In this document: positions 9,475 through 18,697 of the stretch, in pieces
Layout: each line of letters begins with the position of its first letter
How positions within the stretch are numbered: position 1 is the stretch's first letter
Assembly (NCBI GenBank): GCA_900318905.1
Contig: ONMK01000001.1
Span: 3,827 to 67,826 of the forward strand
Source: an uncultured Eubacteriales bacterium
GTDB lineage: Bacteria > Bacillota > Clostridia > Oscillospirales > Acutalibacteraceae
Direction of reading: 5' to 3'
Length of the DNA: 64,000 bases
Program-made: the position numbers and the translations under genes
The notes under the pieces: model-generated
Database searches by the model: none
The model's input: only the letters and a program-made list of their open reading frames with translations
What the model was told of the DNA's origin: nothing

Positions 9475-10707
9475 ATGATGAAAAATAAAACAAAAAACAC
9501 ACGCGCGGGATATTTAAAAACTTCTGTTAAAGGTCTGTTATCCGTTACCGTGACGGCGGCAGTCTGCTTATCCGTGTTTGCCGGCTGCGGATCGGATGAC
9601 AAATCTTCCTCAAATCCCTCAACGCCCGATCACACAATTTATTTCAGAACCGAAATTCAGGCGGATAAGGTCACCGCTAACTTTTTCAACACGGTCAACG
9701 GCGATAAAGAGGACGTTGAGATGAAAAACACCGGCAGCGATGACAACGGCTATGTGTATTCCTGTATGGGCGACACAGCTAAATACAACAAGGTCACCTT
9801 TACTTATGACGACTCTCAGACAAAAGACGTTGCCTTCAACGAATTTGTAAACGGCTGGTACAATTCAAGCTACGGGCTGGTGCCTTACACCGAGGGCGAA
9901 AAACTGATCGACAAGGCTGAGTTTACTACCGAAACATTGAAGTACAAGGACAGCGATAAAGAGATATATGTCTGGACGCCCGAAAACTACGACGCTGATT
10001 CGGCTGAGAAGTACTCCACAATTTACCTTTATGACGGTCAGTGGATGCTGGTGCGCGACTTTGAGTCCGGTATGGGCTCGGGCTGCTGGAACGTTGCCGA
10101 AAGCGTTACAAGCATGATGAAGGAAAGCAAAAACAAGGCTATTGTTGTAGCTATCTCCACAACCGAAGTCACGCGCGACGATGAGCTTGTGCCCGATTTG
10201 GGCGAATTTGCAGACCCCGACAGCGCGTTTGTCATCAGCAACAAGGAGGGTATTCCTTTTTGCGATTTTGTTGTCAATGAGGTCGTCCCGTTTATTCAAA
10301 AGAAATACAATGTATATACCGACGCGGCGCACACCTCAATTGCCGGTTCTTCTCTGGGAGGTATGGCAGCCTTCTACGCCGGAATGGAACACCCGGACGT
10401 TTTCGGAACCGTCGGAGCGCTGTCGCCCGCCTTTGCATTCTACGATGAATCCGCTTGGGAAAATTTTTTGAAAGACAAAGACTTTGAAAAATCACCCTGC
10501 ATATATATGTATTCGGGCGACGTTCAGGACAACAAATTGTCGGCAGAAGCTATGAAATCAGGCTTGCTTGACAAGGGCTTCCCCAAGGACAAGCTTTTTT
10601 ACCACTACAACCCTAACGGCGAACATTTAGTACCCTATTGGCGCAATATCTTCCCCGAATACCTGGTTGCAATGTTCGACAGAGAAGCGCTGCTTGTAAA
10701 AGTTTAA
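9475..10707 (+). CDS. Alpha/beta-hydrolase (esterase-family) lipoprotein with small N-terminal beta-rich domain
   Basis: Lipobox VFAGC, YLYDGQ, nucleophile elbow GSSLGG, C-terminal GEH...W; GAGGAG RBS before ATG 9475. Confidence 0.8.
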   Translation: MMKNKTKNTRAGYLKTSVKGLLSVTVTAAVCLSVFAGCGSDDKSSSNPSTPDHTIYFRTEIQADKVTANFFNTVNGDKEDVEMKNTGSDDNGYVYSCMGDTAKYNKVTFTYDDSQTKDVAFNEFVNGWYNSSYGLVPYTEGEKLIDKAEFTTETLKYKDSDKEIYVWTPENYDADSAEKYSTIYLYDGQWMLVRDFESGMGSGCWNVAESVTSMMKESKNKAIVVAISTTEVTRDDELVPDLGEFADPDSAFVISNKEGIPFCDFVVNEVVPFIQKKYNVYTDAAHTSIAGSSLGGMAAFYAGMEHPDVFGTVGALSPAFAFYDESAWENFLKDKDFEKSPCIYMYSGDVQDNKLSAEAMKSGLLDKGFPKDKLFYHYNPNGEHLVPYWRNIFPEYLVAMFDREALLVKV

Positions 10708-10923
10708 TACAGCCCGCGAAAAAAATTCGCAATTTCAGAAACATTTTTAAGGCGCACACATGGGTGCGCCCATATGAAATGTAACGGAGATGTTTAATAT
10801 ATGCAGAAATCCTGCTGAAAATATAATTCCGCATTCCGAATTCCGAATTCGTTTGTTGCGCCGCTGCAGAAACGTTTTTGTCAGCAGACGTTCTCCAAAG
10901 GCGCGCTGATTGCGTTTCAAACG

Positions 10924-10960
10924 CAGGAAAGAGCCGCTGAAAAGCGGCTCTTTCCTGTTT
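10924..10960. terminator. Bidirectional intrinsic terminator
   Basis: CAGGAAAGAGCCGC-TGAAAA-GCGGCTCTTTCCTG between convergent genes. Confidence 0.75.
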
Positions 10961-11051
10961 AGAAGTTTTGAAATTAACGTGAAAAACGTGGATTAGTGTA
11001 ATTAATTAATTGACAAAATCTTTTCAAATATACTTTCCTAATTCGCTTTTA

Positions 11052-11318
11052 TTATCCAACCTTAGCGTTAGCAGTGTCGCCGAAGAAGTTGAATCTGAAA
11101 AGCTTGCTTTCGTCATTCTTGTTCTCGCAGAAGATGCTCGCCTCGGCAATTTTGCCGCCCTCGATAAGCTTTGTAAGGCCTACAAGCTGGCAAAGCTTGG
11201 ATCTGAGGTTAAGTTTGTCGCCTTCGTTGGTTACAAGATATACGTTGCCCTCGCAGGTATCAAGCACGGCGAGGAACTCTGCTACATCAATGTTGTGTAA
11301 ACTCATGATGGGTGTCAT
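11052..11318 (-). CDS. Small HPr-like protein (88 aa)
   Basis: Strong AAAGGAGG RBS before ATG 11318; SLHNIDVAEFL...GNVYLVTNEGDKLNLRS resembles the HPr pattern. Confidence 0.6.
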   Translation of the reverse strand: MTPIMSLHNIDVAEFLAVLDTCEGNVYLVTNEGDKLNLRSKLCQLVGLTKLIEGGKIAEASIFCENKNDESKLFRFNFFGDTANAKVG

Positions 11319-11507
11319 AATAGTTTCCTCCTTTAATTCTGTTGAGAGGCCCATATTATCGGAGCCAATCAATATTATTATTCGTGCGCCATTTACCATT
11401 TGGCAAATCATGATTTTTTACCGACTGTGGTTTGTTATTCAGTTGTTACTCGAGTAAGCTTTTGAATAAGCCGATTTGTCAAGCGGACTATTTACTTGAC
11501 ACTCACT

Positions 11508-11535
11508 ATTATACTCAACTTTTTGAAAAAGTCAA
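11508..11535 (-). promoter_or_regulatory. sigma-A-like promoter of the HPr-like gene
   Basis: Minus strand TTGACT-N16-TATAAT. Confidence 0.55.
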
Positions 11536-11787
11536 CAATTTTAGGCTTGCATATTTGTGCATGATGACATTTTGCTGTCAGTTTTCGCCAACTATTAGAG
11601 GGGCGTTTTGTACATTATTAACATGTTATTGCTTTAAAAGAATATAGCTCGTCAAAATTTTAACAAACGATTTGGGCAATTTAGATAACTTAATTCCTTT
11701 TTAGAATAAAATCAAAGTGCGTTTTGACAAACTTGATTTTTCTTTTTTTCTTTTTAACGCCGATCCCAACGATTTTCGGCTTGTGTA

Positions 11788-11816
11788 TTGACGATTTTGG
11801 GGTTTGAGGCTATAAT
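11788..11816 (+). promoter_or_regulatory. sigma-A-like promoter of the phosphohexomutase gene
   Basis: TTGACG-N17-TATAAT. Confidence 0.65.
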
Positions 11817-11856
11817 GATAACAACAATATACAACATATAGATAAGGGGTTTTTTT

Positions 11857-13359
11857 ATGCTGAACGAAGTTTTTAAGCAATATAAGAGCGGCACTGACAT
11901 AAGAGGCATCGCTGTTGAGGGCGTTGAGGGGCAGCACGTCAACCTGACGGACGATGTTATCCGCAAAATGGCGGACGGTTTTGTGCTTTGGCTGTCAAAA
12001 AAGGTCGGAAAAACCGCCGATGAGCTGAATATCTCGGTCGGACGCGACAGCAGGATATCGGGACCGCATATTATGGAGCTTACGACCGAGCGCTTTAAGG
12101 CGGCGGGCGCTCAGGTACTCTGCTGCGGGCTGGCTTCAACCCCGTCGATGTTTATGACGACGGTCGATCTGGGCTGCGACGGCGCTTTACAGATCACCGC
12201 GAGCCACCATCCCTTCAACAGAAACGGACTAAAATTCTTTACCCGCGAGGGCGGACTTGAGGGCAGCGATATAGAGGCTATACTTGAATATGCTCAGAAC
12301 GGCGAAGCCCCCGAGGAAAAGAGCGGCGGCAGCATCACCGCCTGCGATTACATGGAGGACTACGCCAAAGGGCTGTGCGAGAAGATCAAAAAAGAGGTTA
12401 ACGCCGAGGACTACGAGCATCCGCTCAAGGGCTTTCACATAGTTGTTGACGCCGGCAACGGCGCCGGCGGCTTTTACGCGGACAAGGTTTTAGCTGCTTT
12501 AGGCGCCGACACAAGCGGCAGCCGCTATCTTGACCCCGACGGAATGTTCCCCAATCATGTTCCGAATCCCGAGGACGCGGCAGCCATGGCTTCGATTTGC
12601 GAGGCTGTAAAGAAAAACAGCGCTGATTTGGGCGTTATTTTTGACACGGACGTTGACCGCGGCGGCGCGGTCGACAGCAAGGGCAACGAGATAAACCGCA
12701 ACCGCCTTGTTGCCGTAGCCGCGGCGATCGCTCTGGAGGGCAACGACGGAGGCACGGTTGTAACCGACTCGATCACCTCATCGGGGCTTAAAGAGTTTAT
12801 TGAAAAGAATTTGGGCGGAAAGCATTACCGCTACCGCAGGGGCTACAAGAACGTGATCGATAAGGCGCTTGAGCTTAACGCCGAGGGCATCAACTGTCCG
12901 CTTGCTATCGAAACCTCGGGACACGCCGCAATGCGCGAGAACTACTTTCTCGACGACGGCGCGTACCTGTGCACAAAAATCATTATCAAGGCGGCGCAGC
13001 TCAGGAAGCAGGGCAAGGATTTAAGCGACCTTACCGCTGACCTTAAAGAGCCGCTGGAGAGCGTTGAGGTTCGCTTTCAGATCACCGAAAAGGATTTCCG
13101 CGCGTGCGGTGAGAGGATCATTGAGGAACTGACCGCCTACGCCGAGGCTCAGCCCGGCTGGCAGCTTGCCGACGACAACCGCGAGGGCGTGCGCGTTTCG
13201 TTTGATAAGGATAACGGCGACGGCTGGTTCTTGCTCAGGCTTTCGGTTCACGACCCGATAATGCCGCTCAACATTGAGAGCGACAGCGAGGGCGGCGCGG
13301 ACATTATCTACAAAAAGCTCTATGAGTTTTTGCAGGGTACAAAAGGGTTGAAGCTATAA
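11857..13359 (+). CDS. Phosphomannomutase/phosphoglucomutase
   Basis: SGTDIRG, catalytic ITASH, metal-binding FDTDVDR, ETSGH. Confidence 0.93.
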   Translation: MLNEVFKQYKSGTDIRGIAVEGVEGQHVNLTDDVIRKMADGFVLWLSKKVGKTADELNISVGRDSRISGPHIMELTTERFKAAGAQVLCCGLASTPSMFMTTVDLGCDGALQITASHHPFNRNGLKFFTREGGLEGSDIEAILEYAQNGEAPEEKSGGSITACDYMEDYAKGLCEKIKKEVNAEDYEHPLKGFHIVVDAGNGAGGFYADKVLAALGADTSGSRYLDPDGMFPNHVPNPEDAAAMASICEAVKKNSADLGVIFDTDVDRGGAVDSKGNEINRNRLVAVAAAIALEGNDGGTVVTDSITSSGLKEFIEKNLGGKHYRYRRGYKNVIDKALELNAEGINCPLAIETSGHAAMRENYFLDDGAYLCTKIIIKAAQLRKQGKDLSDLTADLKEPLESVEVRFQITEKDFRACGERIIEELTAYAEAQPGWQLADDNREGVRVSFDKDNGDGWFLLRLSVHDPIMPLNIESDSEGGADIIYKKLYEFLQGTKGLKL

Positions 13360-13397
13360 TACGTTTGCTCAGCGAACCGATTTTGGGAAGGGTATGA

Positions 13398-13841
13398 ATG
13401 TTTTTTGATTTTTCTTCGCCTTTAGCGGCGATATTCACTTGTATTGCCATTTCGATTATCCCCGCGCTTTTAACAGCGGAATGGTTAATATTTTTAAAAG
13501 CCGGTGAAAAGGGCTGGAAGGCGCTGATTCCGTTTTACAGCACGTTTCTTTCTCACCACATAATCGGAATGAGCCACGCGTGGTTTATTATTGATATGGT
13601 CTTATGGGTATGCGAAATGTTTATTGAGGAGTATAACCTCGGCACGCATTTGTTCAGCCACATATTTTTCGCTTTTACCGCTGTATTTACTATTGTTTCG
13701 GAGATTATACATATCAACAAGCTGTGCAATGTTTTCCGGAAGGGACGGGGCTTTAAAATAGGTACGTTTTGCGTTCCTGAGGTTTTTCTGCTGATTATAG
13801 CGTTCAGCAAGGCGGAATACCACAAGCCCGAACACAAATAA
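13398..13841 (+). CDS. DUF5684-like membrane protein
   Basis: IFLKAGEKGWKALIPFY motif and about 4 TM segments. Confidence 0.75.
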   Translation: MFFDFSSPLAAIFTCIAISIIPALLTAEWLIFLKAGEKGWKALIPFYSTFLSHHIIGMSHAWFIIDMVLWVCEMFIEEYNLGTHLFSHIFFAFTAVFTIVSEIIHINKLCNVFRKGRGFKIGTFCVPEVFLLIIAFSKAEYHKPEHK

Positions 13842-13846
13842 AGCAT

Positions 13847-13884
13847 AAATCCTCCACGGATAATCGGTTCCGCGGAGGATTTTT
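13847..13884. terminator. Intrinsic terminator
   Basis: AAATCCTCCACGGA...TCCGCGGAGGATTTT hairpin. Confidence 0.65.
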
Positions 13885-14045
13885 ATACTATTTTCAATTA
13901 AAACACTTTAAAACAGATGTTAGCAGAAAACTTTGCAGAACAAGGCGGAGGACGCAGGAATACTGACGTATTCCGAGGACGACAACGCAGTTATGCGGAT
14001 TTTTATGCAACAGATGTTAAAGGGTTTTATTTGATAATAGTATTA
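13884..14045. repeat. MITE-like interspersed repeat, copy 1 (162 bp)
   Basis: Imperfect terminal inverted repeats TACTATTTTCAATTAAAAC / GTTTTATTTGATAATAGTA, TA at both ends; closely similar to 24956-25118. Confidence 0.85.
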
Positions 14046-14822
14046 TATGTCATATAGGAAGTCGGCCCAGTAATACTGGCTCATGTACTCGTTCTGATAG
14101 GCGTTTACCGCGCCCGAGTCAAGCTCCTGAAAGCGGTAGTAGTCACAGTCGAGCGTATCGACGTTAACCGAGAGGGCGTTGTAGCTCTTAACAACCGCGC
14201 TTTCCGCGCCTATTTTTTTCAGGCTTTTTATCATAGCCGAAATCAGCGTCTGGACGTAGCTCTGCTGGGTTTTGTCGTAGGGCTCGTCCTCAAACAGCGC
14301 CGCTGCTATTTCCCTTGTTGAGCAGGAGCTTCCGCGGCGGTGCACAAGATACGCGAAAATCTCCTTGGAGCGGCTCCTTTCAAAGTGAACGGGGGCGCCA
14401 TCGGGCGTGAACACGTCAAAGTTTCCGAAGCACTGCACTCTGAGCAGTGCGTTTCTTTTTGGGATAATCGGAAAGCGAAGCTCCTCAAGCTCGGCGGCGA
14501 CCTCTTCCTTGGTGACCGGCTTCATAATGTAACCCGACGCCTTCATGTCCATTGCGTCGCCCTTGTACTCGGAAAAACCCGTGACGAAAATAATGTTCAT
14601 TTTGGGGTTGATTTCCTTCAGCTTTTTAGCTACCTCAACGCCCGTCATGCCGCGCATGTGGATATCGAGAAAGGCAATGTCGCACCCGTTTGCCTCAGCT
14701 TCGTCAATAAGCCCCTTCTGCTTGGAAAACGCCAAAACCCGGGCGTCGGGCTTGACCTTTTCGATTGTAAGCTTAAGCATTTTAAGCGCAAGCGGCTCGT
14801 CGTCAAGACAAAGTATCTTCAT
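14043..14822 (-). CDS. Response regulator (REC plus winged-helix/SARP-like output)
   Basis: LDDE, FLDIHM, FVTGFS, YIMKP, then LRVQCFGNFDVF and RSKEIFAYLV. Confidence 0.9.
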   Translation of the reverse strand: MKILCLDDEPLALKMLKLTIEKVKPDARVLAFSKQKGLIDEAEANGCDIAFLDIHMRGMTGVEVAKKLKEINPKMNIIFVTGFSEYKGDAMDMKASGYIMKPVTKEEVAAELEELRFPIIPKRNALLRVQCFGNFDVFTPDGAPVHFERSRSKEIFAYLVHRRGSSCSTREIAAALFEDEPYDKTQQSYVQTLISAMIKSLKKIGAESAVVKSYNALSVNVDTLDCDYYRFQELDSGAVNAYQNEYMSQYYWADFLYDI

Positions 14823-16230
14823 TATGCTGTCCCTCCTTAGGCAATATCACTTTAGCGACGGTTCCTTTGCCGACCGCGCTTTCTATAATTATCTCGCCGC
14901 TGCACATTTCGGCTATGCGGCGCTTAGTGTTTTCCATTCCCACATGCGAGCGGCCGTCCCGGGGCTTTTGTGCCGAGGTATCAAAGCCGACTCCGTCGTC
15001 GCTTATTATTACCTCAAAGGCGTTGTCCGTCTCGCGGGCGGAAATCTTAACCGTGCCGCCGTCCTCAGCCATGCCCACGCCGTGCTTTACGGCGTTTTCG
15101 ACAAGCGGCTGGATACTGAGCAGCGGCAGCTTGAAATCGGTTGCCTGAATATCGTATTCGATATTGAGCATGTCGCCGAAACGCAGCTTTTCGATATATA
15201 AGTATTTTTTCAGGTGTTCAAGCTCCTGCTCAAACGGCACGGGAGCAGTCTGTTTAAGCGAATCCATATTTCCGCGCAGGTACTTGGCGAAGGTTACGGT
15301 CGCCTCCTGGGCGGTGTCGGGGTCGATCGAGCACATCATGGCGATCGACGTGAGCGCGTTGTACATAAAGTGCGGCTGTATCTGGCTCACCATAACGCTG
15401 ACCTTTGCTTCGTAAAGCTCCTTTTCCTTTTCGATAAGCTCCTTTTCGCGGTTGACGACAAGCACTCCGAACACAAGCACGATTGAAATAAGCATTGCGG
15501 GGTACTCGGTCGACAGCTCAAATGAACCCAGCGTAATAAACTGATTGGCGGCGGGGATAAGCACAAACGACGCCGCGATAAGCCTCTCCTTTACAGGGAC
15601 CTTTGACACAAAAAAACCTATCAGGGCGATCATCATGCCAGCGGCAAAATACATCTGGCTGAGCGGAAACAGAGTTTCACGGTAATAGGAGCCGTCAGCG
15701 CCGACGCCGAAATACAGCGGATAAAAGAAATTTACAAGGCACATTATCAGCGACGGAAAAAACAGAATGTTCATTATCATGTTTGCGGCTCTGCCTAACC
15801 GTCCGCCGAGCTTCAGCGCCGCGGCGAGGTAGCGCCAAAAAAACAGAATCAGAAACGTCGCTGCGGCAAAGCTGAGTACGCAGATTATGAGATTCCATAT
15901 CCGCAGCTCTTTAATGCCGTCAGCAATTATCCAGGCCGCGTTGCAGAAAAGCTCTGCGGAAACAGAAAAAATCAGCAAAGCAAACGTCCGCATATATTCG
16001 CTTGAGCTGTTTTTATCCTGACCGAGGCTGTAAAGCAGCACGGCGCATACGGAAAGGCTTATCATATCCGCTCCCAGGCTGAAGGCAAAGCGCGGATCCA
16101 TATCGAAAAAACCGCGAAGGCGGCACATTACCACTGCCGCTATAAAAAACAAAAGCGACAGCAAAAAGCTCATCGGCAGTATCCATTTATATCTGCGCCA
16201 AAGATGATTTATCCGCGTTGAAATCGCCAT
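14803..16230 (-). CDS. LytS/YesM-type membrane histidine kinase
   Basis: About 7 TM segments, SQIQPHFMYNAL H-box, QPLVENAVKHG, DDGVGF, GMEN, GKGT. Confidence 0.92.
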   Translation of the reverse strand: MAISTRINHLWRRYKWILPMSFLLSLLFFIAAVVMCRLRGFFDMDPRFAFSLGADMISLSVCAVLLYSLGQDKNSSSEYMRTFALLIFSVSAELFCNAAWIIADGIKELRIWNLIICVLSFAAATFLILFFWRYLAAALKLGGRLGRAANMIMNILFFPSLIMCLVNFFYPLYFGVGADGSYYRETLFPLSQMYFAAGMMIALIGFFVSKVPVKERLIAASFVLIPAANQFITLGSFELSTEYPAMLISIVLVFGVLVVNREKELIEKEKELYEAKVSVMVSQIQPHFMYNALTSIAMMCSIDPDTAQEATVTFAKYLRGNMDSLKQTAPVPFEQELEHLKKYLYIEKLRFGDMLNIEYDIQATDFKLPLLSIQPLVENAVKHGVGMAEDGGTVKISARETDNAFEVIISDDGVGFDTSAQKPRDGRSHVGMENTKRRIAEMCSGEIIIESAVGKGTVAKVILPKEGQHNEDTLS

Positions 16231-16325
16231 TTTAAGCACTCCTTACACTTGTTTACGACTACATATTAACCCAAATCAAAAAAATTTGCAAATTTTTTTA
16301 AAAATTTTTTAAAAGTCCCGTTTTT

Positions 16326-16359
16326 TGTTGTACTTCTGTTGCAGTCTGTTGTATATACT
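16326..16359 (+). promoter_or_regulatory. Triple heptamer direct repeat abutting a -10 box
   Basis: TGTTGTA/TGTTGCA/TGTTGTA at 16326, 16337 and 16347, followed by TATACT at 16354. Confidence 0.5.
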
Positions 16360-16411
16360 GTAATCACAACAGAGGGAAACACCTCAAATAAACATTAAGG
16401 AGCGGATCACA

Positions 16412-18631
16412 ATGACGAAAACCAATAACAGCACCAACAGAATCAGAAGAATAATCGCAGCAATGCTGACAAGCCTTATGATGGTATCGACAGCCACAGC
16501 GATTTCGATAAAATCGGCAAGCGCGGCAACCGTTCCCGAGGCACAGACAAAGACCGTAGCGATTGTACCTACCACCAAGACCATTGTTATTCCGATTAAA
16601 GGCGGAAAAAACGGCGCCGAAAGCGTTGCTATCAGCGGATTATTCAAGGGCGCCGAGTCGATCGTGGGAGTTGTTACCTCCTCTGACCCGGTTGCGGGAA
16701 TCGTGGCGTCGGGACTTTTCGGAGCTTTTCAGACCTTTTACGGCGAGTCGATCCAAAAACCGCAGGCAACCGCTCAGGACGTTATCGATTTCTTAGGCGA
16801 GCTGTCACAGAAGATGGATCAGCACTTCAACGAGCAGACCATGCAGATAAAGGCTCTTACAAGTATTGAAAAGCTGCAGAACATGGCAAGGATCCTGACA
16901 AGCGTTAAGGGCTACAACGAAGAAGCTATCGGTCAGATAAAGCTTTTTAACGAAAAGCATATCTGCGAACAGGATTATCAGAACATTATAGATGTCACAT
17001 CGGGCGACAAGGACTTTGTAAAGGATTTCAGAGATTTGACCAACCTTATTTCCGACGGTCAGGCAGGAATAAAGGGAATGCCCACATTCCGGCAGTACCT
17101 TGAATTGTCAAAGGAGGACGATTCCAACAACCGCGACGCGGCTCTTGTAAAAAAAGATTGTGCCAACTTTAACCAACTGCTGCTCGAGCAGTACGCGCTT
17201 TACTACACTAACCTTATAACAGGTCTGAAAGCGGAGTACGACCTTGCCGAGCTGCAATACAAAAAGGGCGAAATAGACCTTGATACCAAGAACAGCCGCC
17301 GGGCTTCAATAAAAAGCAAAATGGACTATTACACCGATGAGGCAAAAATCGTCGGAAAACAATATCTTGATATTTCAGGCACCGTAAACGACCTGACCGT
17401 TGCCAAAGTTACAACAGCCGGCAAAACAATTGAGAGGTTTTCAATGGCGGACGCATGGGCAGAGATCGTACTAAATGGCGGCACAATGCAGCTCTGCAAG
17501 GACTGGAACAGCGACGATCTTAGCAGCGACCTTTTCTTCTACAAGGCTAACGACGCATTTAAGGGCGGCTCGCTGTATGTAAAGGGCAAGGGTGTTACTC
17601 TCGACCTCAACGGACATTCGATTTGCGAATCTGGCGCACGCACTCAGGACATTATAGCCGAAAACGCCTGGCTGACAATTACAAATACAAGCAGCAGCCC
17701 CTCGGCGCTGGGCGGAATATCGGTAAAGGGCGGCAGCCTTGATGTAAACAACGTGACCGTAAGGAACGCAAAGGGCTCGGGCATTATCATTAACGACAGC
17801 GAAACAAACATCAAAAACTGCGTATTCTCACACAACAGCAAGTCGGCTGTTTGGGCTGACACCGCCAACGTAAACATCAGCATGTGCAAATTTGACAGCA
17901 ACAGCTCATCAGCGGGCGGCGCGGTTTACTTTGAGAACGGCTCATCTACAAAATACCGCCTTCTCAGCATTCTCTACTCCGAGTTTACAAACAACTCGGC
18001 AGACAACGGCGGCGCGGTCTACTGCAAGGGCAATACGGAATTCATAGGCAGCACGTTTACAAACAACAGAGCCGGCAACAACGGCGGCGCGGTTTGCGCT
18101 GACTACAAGGGAGGCGACGAATGCGCTAAAATCGACATTTCAAGCTCAAACTTCAGCGGCAACTACTCGGGCAACAACGGCGGCGCGGTCTACTGCGACT
18201 CGATGAACTACCTGAACCTCAGAGATATAAACGTTACAAACAACGAGGCTAAAAACGCGGGCGGCGGAGTTTACGCTCAAAAGGGTTCTTTCTCATCATG
18301 CGACCCCAACCTCTACGGCAAGATCACCGTTATCGACAACAGACTTTCAAACGGCACCGCTTCAAACTTTTTCCTCGGCGAAAACACCACTTCAAAGTGC
18401 ATGTTCATTCTTTCCGGCGCGATCGACCCGAACTCAAGGATAGGCGTTACAAGCCCCACATCAGACAAGACACTGGACATTTTAAAGACAAGCAGCAAGG
18501 ACGCTTACAACAGCGTAGCAAATGTTTTCAGTTACGACACCGCCGCTTATACGATCCACAGATACACCAACTGGTACTCACCTTTCTACTATGTTGAGAT
18601 CGTTAAGGACAACGGAAGTAAACAAGTATAA
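16412..18631 (+). CDS. Secreted protein with N-terminal helical region and right-handed beta-helix (GGAV/FxxN repeats)
   Basis: Signal peptide ending in ASA; repeated FxxNxAxxxGGAV[Y/C] motifs in the C-terminal half; AAGGAG RBS. Confidence 0.75.
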   Translation: MTKTNNSTNRIRRIIAAMLTSLMMVSTATAISIKSASAATVPEAQTKTVAIVPTTKTIVIPIKGGKNGAESVAISGLFKGAESIVGVVTSSDPVAGIVASGLFGAFQTFYGESIQKPQATAQDVIDFLGELSQKMDQHFNEQTMQIKALTSIEKLQNMARILTSVKGYNEEAIGQIKLFNEKHICEQDYQNIIDVTSGDKDFVKDFRDLTNLISDGQAGIKGMPTFRQYLELSKEDDSNNRDAALVKKDCANFNQLLLEQYALYYTNLITGLKAEYDLAELQYKKGEIDLDTKNSRRASIKSKMDYYTDEAKIVGKQYLDISGTVNDLTVAKVTTAGKTIERFSMADAWAEIVLNGGTMQLCKDWNSDDLSSDLFFYKANDAFKGGSLYVKGKGVTLDLNGHSICESGARTQDIIAENAWLTITNTSSSPSALGGISVKGGSLDVNNVTVRNAKGSGIIINDSETNIKNCVFSHNSKSAVWADTANVNISMCKFDSNSSSAGGAVYFENGSSTKYRLLSILYSEFTNNSADNGGAVYCKGNTEFIGSTFTNNRAGNNGGAVCADYKGGDECAKIDISSSNFSGNYSGNNGGAVYCDSMNYLNLRDINVTNNEAKNAGGGVYAQKGSFSSCDPNLYGKITVIDNRLSNGTASNFFLGENTTSKCMFILSGAIDPNSRIGVTSPTSDKTLDILKTSSKDAYNSVANVFSYDTAAYTIHRYTNWYSPFYYVEIVKDNGSKQV

Positions 18632-18668
18632 AAGCACCGATAAAAGCTTACCGCAAAGGCAGCAAATA

Positions 18669-18692
18669 AGGCGGCTCCAAAACGGAGCCGCC
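18669..18692. terminator. Intrinsic terminator hairpin
   Basis: GGCGGCTCC-AAAAC-GGAGCCGCC between convergent genes. Confidence 0.65.
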
Positions 18693-18697
18693 GTAAT

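Noticed and set aside
17900-18280. Recurring AACGGCGGCGCGGT motifs
   Set aside because: These encode the NGGAV beta-helix repeats; there is no CRISPR repeat-spacer structure and no cas gene.
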